61,602 nucleotides of DNA. Origin: a virus. Its lineage: Duplodnaviria; Caudoviricetes. Below are positions 53,701-61,602 of the stretch, one piece after another (position 1 is the stretch's first letter; the number at the start of each line of letters is the position of its first letter). A program made the position numbers and the translations under genes. The stretch lies in IMG/VR virus record IMGVR_UViG_3300046167_000543, positions 1 to 61,602 of that record. The stretch is one strand, 5' to 3'. The notes beneath the pieces were generated by a model, which did not search any database, had not been told where the DNA came from, and saw only the letters and a program-made list of their open reading frames with translations.

Positions 53701-56700
53701 CAGTCATTATTTGACTAGTATTATTTGTAGCAAAACCATATATGATTGAAGCGCCAACCACGGATGCTGGAGGATTGTGTTCTTCTCTAACCTTATCACC
53801 TGTTCTCTGCTTAGGTGAGGTACCGTATTGTGGATTTTTAGAAAAATACCTAAACGGTGCTGCTATCTTAATAAGACCAGTCGTTGCTTGGTAGCCTTGA
53901 GCTATAATCATAGCTGCTAATTCTTTAGGCATACCATTTTGTATAGCTTTATCTAATTGACTTACAACGTCGTCAAGCACTTGCATGTTAATTTTTGCTT
54001 GAGCTCTTCCTTTGTCTGTATCAACATCTTTAAGATTAACCCTTTTAGCTTTAGGTTTTTGATCTCCTTTTGAGTTTGATTTAGCTTTATCTAAAGCTCT
54101 TTTATAAGCTGGATCATTGACGCCGTAATACAATCTACCTCTATTTGGCAAAAGATTAGTAATGTTTTTTGGAGGAACAACTTTTTTACCAACAGTACCG
54201 TCAGTTTTAATTAAACGTTCTCCTTTAACCCAATCTCCGTTATCTAACGCGTACCAGTAATCACCTTCTTTTGCTTTAGTTCCAGTTCTTTCTAAAAAAG
54301 CGTTTAGTTTTTTAGCTTCAGGTGTTAGCTTTCCTTTTTTTGTTTTTCCTACTTGAGTTCTAACAGCGCCACCAAAAGCAAAAGATCCTGCTAAAAATAC
54401 ATCTTCAGTAAGTTTATATTTTTCTATAGCGTCTTCAAAAGAAGTTTGTATTTCAGCTCTTTTATTATCAGGAACGCTAGCACTATCCATGCCAACTATT
54501 TTTAGTACAGCATTAATATCTCTAGCTTGTGTAACATCTATCAACGCTTTTTTACTAAACATAAGTCTAGATCTACCAGCTCTAGTATCTGCTCTCTGCT
54601 GTTTAGGAGCACTCTCTGGCAACGATTTGTCTGCAACTGATAAAGCAACTTGACCACCACGCATACGCGCCCAAGCGGCAAGTTTTGTAGCGTAGTTTCT
54701 TCTTTCGTTTTTACTAAGCTCGTTTAAATCAACGTCAATACCAGCCCACTCTCTGGCTTTTGATACAGCTTGCGGACTTATTTTACCTTGTCTATTAGGT
54801 CTAAACTCTGGTTTTAATCTATATACTTTAGTTTGAGTAGTCTTACCTTTGCTTCTACCAGACTTGTTAGTAATAGCCATTGCTCTAACAGCTCTATCTG
54901 TACTTTCAGAAGCTGGATCTGTGTAAGGTTCGTAAAAGAAATCTAATACTGTTTGACCTATTTTCATAGATCGACCTCTAACTTCTGGACTTACTGGTAC
55001 TCTTTCACCTTGCTCTGTAATAGTCGACTCCATTGTTGTGACGTTAAACTCAGGCATAGTCTTTATAGACCTTTCAGTCTCTTGAGCGTTAGAAAAGTCT
55101 TGTTGTATTCTACCAAGCTCTGAAGTTTCAGGTTTGTTTTTAGAATAGGTTAAGTTATCTACTTTTTCTATTTTATCTTCAGGAACATTATATATTTCCG
55201 ATGCAAATTTAGAGCGATTGTTATTTAATATTTCTACAGATGAATCACCTTCATTTATTTTTATTTCTTTTTCTAACGTTGGTAAAACTTTTTTAACTCT
55301 AGGACTTTTTCTTACATCAATTAGTTTAGATCTACCTGATTCTTCAGCTTGAGCTCTTTCCTCTATTTCAAAAGCTTGTTCAGCTGTTTCGTCCGCAAAT
55401 TGAGTTTGCTCTACAGCTTGTGTTATAGTAGATTGACCTGTACGTCTAGTGTAGTCTTCTACAATTTTAGGACCAACACGTCTACCTAATATATTACCTA
55501 CATAAGTACTAAGCTGCATCGGCTTTCCAGTCACTCTATTCGTCGGTGTGTAATTTTTCATTACACTTTCAAATTGATTGTTTATATCGCTTATTACGTT
55601 TTCATCAACTTGAAGTGGAACACCTCTTTGTTTAGCCCATCTTTGCAGCGCGTCTATACCAAGTCTTTGGTATTGATCTTGTAAATTAGAAATGTCTTGC
55701 TCAGACATAGATTCTTTATTGTTCTTATATTGACTAGCTAAATCGTTAACAGCTTTAGAGGCTTTGATTGTAGTTTCATCTTCCTCATCTACATCGGCAA
55801 TAGCAACACCAGAAATAGCTTGTTTTCTAAAAGAATCTATATAGTTATAAACATCTGAGCCTGTGTTAAATTGTACAAACACCTCTGATTGATCTCCAAA
55901 AATTTTATTAGTTATGTTATTAAACAAACCTTTAAAAGAATTTAATACGTTATTAGGATTGAAATCGCTTTTGTTTAATATACCTAAGTTAACAGCGTCG
56001 CTAAGAACTTGCATAAATTCCTCATAATCACCATCATTTTCGTATTGAGCTAAACGTTTTTTTATAGCGTCGTAATCATTTTGAGTTATAGACTCTTGTT
56101 CTAGCTTATCATCTAACATATTGATGGCTTCTGTCACTGCTTTTTTATTTGTTAAAGCTTCAGCAGAATCACCTGTAAATTTTATTTTTTTATTTTTATT
56201 TCTAAGATGACTAACCTCATGTAAAGCTGTAACAGCAGCAAATTTACCATTAGAGTTAGTAATAGATTGTAATATACTTTTTTTAGACTCATTAACATCT
56301 ACAACAACAACATTATCAAAAGCGTATGCGTTTTGACTACCACTTGTGATTAATTCAAAAGCATCTGCGGTTTGTACATCTCCATTATCATCTGTATAAC
56401 TTATAGTTCTACCTTTAAATTTTTCAAGATCAGCAGCGTCTTCTTCAAGGAAATAAATTTCATTTCCTTTACCAACCATAGCGTCAGCCATAATATTAGA
56501 AGATTCAAACAAGTTTAAATGAAATATAGTTTCAGGATTTGTTTTAATATCAAGATTTTGCTTGTCAATAAACTCTTGATTACGCTTACTTCTAACACTA
56601 AGTATATCGTTTTTACGATTTTTCAAAACCACTGACTGCTCTTGTAAGTTTTGTAAAGATTTTATTTCGCTTTCTGTAGGAAGTCCAGTTGTAGAATTTG

Positions 56701-59446
56701 CTAATGTAGTTGCGTCCCTTGTTATTTTTTTTATTGCAACTTCTATTTCACCAATTTCTTTTATTTGTGCTGGCGTAAGTGTGTTTAATTTACTTATGTT
56801 AACAATGTCTTGTAACCCTAGGTCTAATAATATTTCTTTACTTTTCTTTATACGATCTGACGTTGGTAGATCTTGAGCTTCTATAAGTTGTCTAGTCAAA
56901 GATTGATACTTGCTTAACTCACTATTGCTTGTAACGTGCTCTTTAATAATAGCGTTAGCATTGTTTATTGTTTTACCGCTGAGCATTAGCAAAGTAGCAA
57001 AAGAAGTATTAGCAAAAAGATCTTCGTTTATTTCTTCAAAAACATTTACATTTTCTCCAAGTATAATATTACGAACAATACCTTGATCTAGTATGCTTTC
57101 TAAAGATTCTTGGGCATTTTCTTTTATTAAGCCACCACCCACAACACCTCCTAATTCTAAAGTCTGTGGAATCCAAGCTTTAGAAACAGCGTCTTTATCT
57201 AATAAAAGTCTACCGCTTTTTAATTCTTTTATAAATTTATTTTTACCTATGTTTTTAGCTACTCTATTAAAGTCATCAAAAAGTTTTAATGTTACTGCTT
57301 GCTCTGAATATTTTGTTATAAAACCAGTTACCAATCCACTAACTCCTGTTTGAAATGTAGATTTATTTAAACTATTTTCTAAAGAAACAATTTGATTTTC
57401 TAATTGACGTTTAACTATAGGATCTTTTGTTTTTTCTATTTCAGCTTTTAATCCTTCTATTTTTTTAGGATTAAACTTTTTAGCAATTTCTACACTTTGA
57501 ATAGTTTGGCTTCCGGTTTGTAATCCAAATAAATTACCAGAAACTTTAGCCATACCTTTACTTAAACCTTTGTTAAATGAAGCAGTTGCAACTCTTTGAG
57601 CTGCTGACATACCACTAGTAAATCCTTTTGCAACTAAACCTGTTACTAATTGTGGTCCAGCTATGGTTAACAGTGTAGGCGCCGCAGAAGCTGTTGAATC
57701 AGAAACAAAAGCCCAACCGCTAGCTTTACCTTTTCTAACTTCATCTACCGTTATTGGAGATGGTAGCGCTTGTATTTTTTCTTCTATAGCTTGATTGTAG
57801 TTTACAGCTGTACCTATTAAAGCATCAGCGCCTCTAACTAATTTGGAATCTAATACATTTTGAAAATCAAATCCACTAGCGCCTGATTGTGTTAGTTCTG
57901 CTAAACCAGATGTTAAAAAAGCAGCTGCCCTAGCTGTGTAAGCCCCTGCAATAGCAGCGCTACCGCCGAAAGATTGTTCTATATTTAAAGCTGTTCTAGT
58001 GCTAAACCTATAGTCTTTGTTTAATGCTACAAATGTTTGATCTAAATCTTTTAAATCATCATACTTTTGAAGATTAACATTATATTGTTGCTGCATTTTA
58101 AGAATTTGAACTCCTTGATCAGCAAGTTTTAAATTTTCTTCTTGTAAAGCTTGGGCTTCTGGGCCTGTTGCTATAGCATTTCTTTCGTTTACTTTTTGCT
58201 GTAACTTATTGTAAATATTATTACCAGTTTCTTGACCAGTACTAGTAACAGGGTAAGCAAAATCTTGCAAACGTTTTTTGTAGGTTTCTATATCTTTGTC
58301 TAAAACCTGTATAGCGTCATTTATTTTTTCAATTTTTGGAGCTAAAACATTAAAATCATTATTATATTGTTCTTGCCTTGCTACCAAGGTAGAACCTCCT
58401 ACTTTTAAATCGTTTTTAACTTTATCTAAATCTTGTCCTTCTGGAGTTTCTTTTAATAATACACTTGTAAAATCTTGAACGTCTTCATTATAGTTATTAG
58501 CAACTAATTCTTTATTTCTATTTTCTATAGTATATAAAGCTTGTTGATTTGCAGTTGGTATAGATTCTTTTTGATAATCATTTAAAGGGTTTAATGTACC
58601 TTTGTCTTGATATTGATTATACAAAGCAACGTAATCTTTTGCGCCTTGGTCATTTAAATTGGCAGCAATAGCAGCGTCATAAATTCTCTGTTCTTTTTCT
58701 TCTTTAGTAGCAGCCCTTCTGTTTATTTGAACAGTTCCACCTGGAGTAACAGTGGTAGTACCTAAGTCTACAGGAGCATCGATCCAACCAGTACCACCAC
58801 CCGGGGTTTTTTCAAAATAAACTTCATATGTTTTATTAGTTATCTCTTGCTCTGGTATGTTAGCGTTAGCATTAGCTATGTTATCTATTAAAGATCTAGC
58901 TCCAGATTCTTCACCTACATAACCTTCGTATTGAGCACGTTGAACATCTGCTTTTGTAAGTTCGCCTTTAGCAAAAGCATCTTTATATTTATTTTGATTT
59001 TTTAATCTATTATCTAGCTTAGACCATTCTTCTCTAGTAATAGGCGTGTTATCTCCAAAGCCAGTTACAACAACTTCTTCAAGATCTATAGTTTGAGAAG
59101 AAATTAATTTATCTTCAAACCTGCTAAGCCTACGTCTTGCCAATATAGCATCTCGAGATGTATCTAATTCACCGTATTCAGCTACGTCTTTTTGTAACTC
59201 CAATAAAGTATTTGCCGAGTCTGATTCCGTACTCTCGGGTGCTTCCCCGGTTTCCGGTGTTGCAGTTGCACCCTTTGCCACAGCACCGTTTGTCTTTCCC
59301 TCGGTTGGGGTTGTTTGTATTTCGTCTGTAACTTCTACAGTTTCAAGTCCATGCTTGTTTACATACTCGTCTACAGACAGTTGCTCATTACTTGCAGCTT
59401 GAGTAACTTCATCTAACGTGTATTCAAATCCTTGATACTTAAACAT
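50705..59446 (-). CDS. giant internal virion/ejection polyvalent protein (zincin + HAD domains)
   Basis: 2913 aa; HEVSH, HAD motifs DFDDT/LTAR/K/VDD, C-terminal region with hydrophobic helices; last of three ejection-like genes. Confidence 0.7.
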   Translation of the reverse strand: MFKYQGFEYTLDEVTQAASNEQLSVDEYVNKHGLETVEVTDEIQTTPTEGKTNGAVAKGATATPETGEAPESTESDSANTLLELQKDVAEYGELDTSRDAILARRRLSRFEDKLISSQTIDLEEVVVTGFGDNTPITREEWSKLDNRLKNQNKYKDAFAKGELTKADVQRAQYEGYVGEESGARSLIDNIANANANIPEQEITNKTYEVYFEKTPGGGTGWIDAPVDLGTTTVTPGGTVQINRRAATKEEKEQRIYDAAIAANLNDQGAKDYVALYNQYQDKGTLNPLNDYQKESIPTANQQALYTIENRNKELVANNYNEDVQDFTSVLLKETPEGQDLDKVKNDLKVGGSTLVARQEQYNNDFNVLAPKIEKINDAIQVLDKDIETYKKRLQDFAYPVTSTGQETGNNIYNKLQQKVNERNAIATGPEAQALQEENLKLADQGVQILKMQQQYNVNLQKYDDLKDLDQTFVALNKDYRFSTRTALNIEQSFGGSAAIAGAYTARAAAFLTSGLAELTQSGASGFDFQNVLDSKLVRGADALIGTAVNYNQAIEEKIQALPSPITVDEVRKGKASGWAFVSDSTASAAPTLLTIAGPQLVTGLVAKGFTSGMSAAQRVATASFNKGLSKGMAKVSGNLFGLQTGSQTIQSVEIAKKFNPKKIEGLKAEIEKTKDPIVKRQLENQIVSLENSLNKSTFQTGVSGLVTGFITKYSEQAVTLKLFDDFNRVAKNIGKNKFIKELKSGRLLLDKDAVSKAWIPQTLELGGVVGGGLIKENAQESLESILDQGIVRNIILGENVNVFEEINEDLFANTSFATLLMLSGKTINNANAIIKEHVTSNSELSKYQSLTRQLIEAQDLPTSDRIKKSKEILLDLGLQDIVNISKLNTLTPAQIKEIGEIEVAIKKITRDATTLANSTTGLPTESEIKSLQNLQEQSVVLKNRKNDILSVRSKRNQEFIDKQNLDIKTNPETIFHLNLFESSNIMADAMVGKGNEIYFLEEDAADLEKFKGRTISYTDDNGDVQTADAFELITSGSQNAYAFDNVVVVDVNESKKSILQSITNSNGKFAAVTALHEVSHLRNKNKKIKFTGDSAEALTNKKAVTEAINMLDDKLEQESITQNDYDAIKKRLAQYENDGDYEEFMQVLSDAVNLGILNKSDFNPNNVLNSFKGLFNNITNKIFGDQSEVFVQFNTGSDVYNYIDSFRKQAISGVAIADVDEEDETTIKASKAVNDLASQYKNNKESMSEQDISNLQDQYQRLGIDALQRWAKQRGVPLQVDENVISDINNQFESVMKNYTPTNRVTGKPMQLSTYVGNILGRRVGPKIVEDYTRRTGQSTITQAVEQTQFADETAEQAFEIEERAQAEESGRSKLIDVRKSPRVKKVLPTLEKEIKINEGDSSVEILNNNRSKFASEIYNVPEDKIEKVDNLTYSKNKPETSELGRIQQDFSNAQETERSIKTMPEFNVTTMESTITEQGERVPVSPEVRGRSMKIGQTVLDFFYEPYTDPASESTDRAVRAMAITNKSGRSKGKTTQTKVYRLKPEFRPNRQGKISPQAVSKAREWAGIDVDLNELSKNERRNYATKLAAWARMRGGQVALSVADKSLPESAPKQQRADTRAGRSRLMFSKKALIDVTQARDINAVLKIVGMDSASVPDNKRAEIQTSFEDAIEKYKLTEDVFLAGSFAFGGAVRTQVGKTKKGKLTPEAKKLNAFLERTGTKAKEGDYWYALDNGDWVKGERLIKTDGTVGKKVVPPKNITNLLPNRGRLYYGVNDPAYKRALDKAKSNSKGDQKPKAKRVNLKDVDTDKGRAQAKINMQVLDDVVSQLDKAIQNGMPKELAAMIIAQGYQATTGLIKIAAPFRYFSKNPQYGTSPKQRTGDKVREEHNPPASVVGASIIYGFATNNTSQIMTDIKKNYYQTKLSKADDQKLDDAKLDATLPIGTTIADNPAIRFIEAGIDLNSIVNYETGQTMAEELGVALKPSDVNVETVSEQNKILKEVLSGDITAKTGQDRLNEFAKLKSIPKAGVGNNNQNNTIKFSKQVPNQEILDNLGNADKAMANARNPEAPVKKIRVFDFDDTLARSNSNVLYEMPDGTTGKLNATQFAARAGELEAQGAQFDFSEFSKVIDGKRGPVFKAIENIVKARGAEDVFILTARPANAAGPIKEFMDALGVNLPIENIVGLGDGKAEAKARWMTGKAAEGYNDFFFVDDAYKNVKAVQDALNVFDVKSKVQQAKIKFSKKADLDRGFNDILENKTGIASEKEYGRVKAEVAGAGKGRLNFFIPPSAEDFTGLLYATLGKGKLGDQQMAWYKTHLLNPYARAMNELSSARISMMNDYKLLKKQLEIVPKNLRKKVPGEPFTREQAVRVYIWDKQGMSIPGISKKDQADLSKYVSDNAELQIFADQLVAIQKGDQYAAPKEGWPAGTITTDMLEGLNTTKRAKYLEQWQTNADVIFSEKNLNKLEAAYGKPYRLAMENMLQRMKSGRNRNFQGDTLTGRFTDWVTGSIGTIMFFNTRSAILQTISSINFVNFTDNNILAAGKAFANQKQYWSDFMTLMNSDFLKERRGGLRINVSEADIADMAKKGGAKGVINKLLEFGFTPTQIADSFAIASGGSAFYRNRIKSLKKQGMTDAEAEAQAFVDFRETAEESQQSSRPDRISMQQAGPLGRLVLAFANTPAQYARLIKKAASDLKNGRGDAKTNISKIIYYGVAQNLLFNALQQALFAFAFDDDEEDTDEQKKKYVSIANGMMDSLLRGMGLGGAVVSVGKNAIIRIINEMEKERPKLEKVGYEITKLSPPISAKLSRINQAARSYQWDKDEMKEKGWSLDNPAYLASANVIAALTNVPLDRAIKKTNNVVTATSQDLETWERLTLLGGWQDWEIGIDEEKPSNKPQPRKSKYKKSKIK

Positions 59447-59457
59447 AATTTAATTAT

Positions 59458-60951
59458 TTAATTAGTTGATAATCCAGGTAATGTAGGTCTTTGCTCAAAC
59501 GTTTCTATAGATACGCTTTCTATAGGATCATCACCTACTAATTTTCTTAGTTCCTTTTTCATATCAGCCCCTTCTGGAAGCATGTCTATTAAAGCTCTAA
59601 CTCTAGTTGGATCACTAAGATCAAATATCATGTCATTAGTAAATACAGTTTGCTCACCGCCTGCTGTGCTAGTGCCAGACTTATAACCAAGTTCTATGAT
59701 AGGATAAACTTCACCGCCATCAGCTGGCACAGATCCTGGTGAAACGTTTACTTTTAATACGTCTTTACCACCTATTTTTTTATTTTTAAAATAAGACTCT
59801 GGGTTTTTAAATATATCTGTATAAACCTGTGGCGCTGCTTCAGCTATTTCTTTAGCTGTTTTAGCAGCTTTTCTTTCTGCGGCTGTAAGTTCTTCAGGTG
59901 CTTCAATTTTTGTTTCACCTACTTTGTGTTGTTGTTGTATGTAGTTACTTAAACCATACTCAACGTACATATCTATAAATAGAGCTTCTTGTTCTTTAGT
60001 TAAAGTTTTTTCGTAATCCCAAGGAAAATCTCCTTTTGGATCTAAAATATTATTCCAAAAAGATATAGCTTCTACTCCTGGCATTTTTAGTAAAGCCGCG
60101 GCATCCGCTTTTAAATCTACACCAACGGGTGAAGAAGCAAGCGCGCCTTTATTTATTTCTTTATACAAAGTAACAACACCATTTTTGTCTGGTTCACTTT
60201 GTTTAACTTCGTCACTAAGATACTTAGGGTCTAATATTTTATTTTCTATATTATTAGGATCTGGAATCATAGATAACTTAGCAGCCTCTTGAAAATTACT
60301 AGTTTCATCTGGAATTTTAGCACCAAAAACAATGCCATATTCTTGTTCTATATGTTTTTTAATAGAATTTGTACTATATTGTTTTCCGTTTATTTCAAAA
60401 GCAGGAACTAAAGCTCCGCCTTCTTCAACTACAGTGTAGCTCCTAGTACCTTTAACGTTGTCTAACCAAGTTAGAGCAGCTCGTAAATTATCTCCATCGC
60501 TAGCTTTTAAATCTAAACCACCCATGCCTTTTATACCGGCAGCTTCTCTTGTTTGTTCAGCGGCGTCTACTAGCATAGATATGCCTTCGTTAGCCATTTG
60601 AGGTAAGGCTAATATTTGAGCTTGTCTTTTTTTATCTAAAGTAGGGTTTTCACTTGTACCAAAAGCAAGACGTTGCGCAAGTTGAGAATATTCATCTATG
60701 TAAGGTTCAAAACCTTTATAAAGATCTAAGCCACCATTAGAAACAGCAGCTTTTGTAAAGTCAGTTCTAAGCTTTAAGCTTTCTTTTTCAATACCAGATA
60801 ATATAGTTTCATTTTTTTTAACTCTTTCAGCATTGCTTTTTCGTATAGCCTGCACATTAGCCCTACCCTCTGCAGATATTTTGTTTATCATATCTACATA
60901 GTACTTACCTGATTGCGTATCTATATATTGTTTTGGGTTTCTATAACTCAT
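59458..60951 (-). CDS. putative internal virion/ejection protein
   Basis: 497 aa between pilot-like and giant genes. Confidence 0.5.
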   Translation of the reverse strand: MSYRNPKQYIDTQSGKYYVDMINKISAEGRANVQAIRKSNAERVKKNETILSGIEKESLKLRTDFTKAAVSNGGLDLYKGFEPYIDEYSQLAQRLAFGTSENPTLDKKRQAQILALPQMANEGISMLVDAAEQTREAAGIKGMGGLDLKASDGDNLRAALTWLDNVKGTRSYTVVEEGGALVPAFEINGKQYSTNSIKKHIEQEYGIVFGAKIPDETSNFQEAAKLSMIPDPNNIENKILDPKYLSDEVKQSEPDKNGVVTLYKEINKGALASSPVGVDLKADAAALLKMPGVEAISFWNNILDPKGDFPWDYEKTLTKEQEALFIDMYVEYGLSNYIQQQHKVGETKIEAPEELTAAERKAAKTAKEIAEAAPQVYTDIFKNPESYFKNKKIGGKDVLKVNVSPGSVPADGGEVYPIIELGYKSGTSTAGGEQTVFTNDMIFDLSDPTRVRALIDMLPEGADMKKELRKLVGDDPIESVSIETFEQRPTLPGLSTN

Positions 60952-61064
60952 AATTTTTTATTGTGTAAACAAAGGGTTTGTTACTTTAAAAGCATCGTTC
61001 AACTGACTATTAGTATATGCTGAAGTTACATTGCTTGCTTGCGGTCTTACACTAGGAGCTGCCG

Positions 61065-61602
61065 TTAGCCCTTTGGCCCCATAGCAGCTGATAATCCACT
61101 AGTTATACCACCTATAGCACTTGTCCACGCGCCTGCTTTATCTGCATTAGCTTGAGCTTCTCTAGCTTCTGATCCTGAAAGCTGAGCTGAAACCCTGTCT
61201 AATTGCTGCATCTCTCTATTTTCTTGTGCTCCGAATACAAATTGTTTACCTGATACATCAGCTTGTTGTAATCTTTGTGCTTCAGACATTTTTTGTTGTT
61301 GCAATTGTACCTCGCCTTGAGCTCTAAGCTTTTCGTTTTGGGCTTCTTGCTGTTCAATACTAGCTGATACTCCACGTTTGCTTTGCAGTGCTGCTTGAGC
61401 GAGAGCAGTAGCACCTCCAGCAGAAGCTCCAGTTGCTCTAATAGTATCTAATGTATTGGCTAAAGAAATGTCAGCTTGTTCCGACTGATTTCTAGCGGCC
61501 TGCGTAGCTACTCCTAAATTATCATAAGGATTTGTTATCATAGAAGATAAATCCTCTACGTCTTCGTATGGATTTATTATCTCTTGCCTATTTTTTTCTA
61601 AA
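61065..61602 (-). CDS. 3' part of putative ejection/pilot protein (begins at 137)
   Basis: Gln/Ala-rich coiled coil, Gly-rich C-terminus; open to window end and in frame with 1..137. Confidence 0.75.
   Translation of the reverse strand, partial: LEKNRQEIINPYEDVEDLSSMITNPYDNLGVATQAARNQSEQADISLANTLDTIRATGASAGGATALAQAALQSKRGVSASIEQQEAQNEKLRAQGEVQLQQQKMSEAQRLQQADVSGKQFVFGAQENREMQQLDRVSAQLSGSEAREAQANADKAGAWTSAIGGITSGLSAAMGPKG

Noticed and set aside
1-61602. Stop-codon reassignment as in some crAss-like phages
   Set aside because: Genes are full length and densely packed under the standard code; no suppressor tRNA seen.

Overview
The window looks like a complete, circularly permuted ~61.6 kb genome of a lytic podovirus-type phage. 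The reading frame that runs off base 1 continues in frame at base 61602. A Bacteroidota (probably Flavobacteriaceae) host is inferred from crAss/phi38:1-like head genes, Bacteroidota-type TonB-box motifs and AT-rich ribosome-binding regions without Shine-Dalgarno motifs. The minus strand (1-30466 and 49842-61602) holds the structural, lysis and chaperonin genes: TerL, portal, MCP, tail, GroEL/GroES, M15 endolysin, holins and three ejection proteins. The plus strand (30.8-49.75 kb) holds small early ORFs, a sigma factor and replication/nucleotide genes: ligase, ERF, exonuclease, SSB, primase-helicase, RNR, a T4 gp42-like dCMP hydroxymethylase and MazG-like enzymes. I recognised no DNA polymerase or integrase. 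The most unusual signals are: (1) several non-canonical tRNA-like RNAs, including a 69-nt mini tmRNA-like domain with G3-U70/A73 and a ~196-nt oversized cloverleaf; (2) seven exactly spaced copies of TTACA(A/G)A(C/T)AAAATAC-N10-GGATAAT dividing the early region into cassettes, plus a second promoter-like class; (3) SusC-type TonB-box motifs in putative ejected proteins; (4) a 17-bp GC-rich DNA motif kept at tail-fibre module junctions; (5) a 44-45 bp inverted repeat found at the strand switch and again over the start codon of an HTH gene. All product calls come from motif recognition by eye, and no database searches were run.
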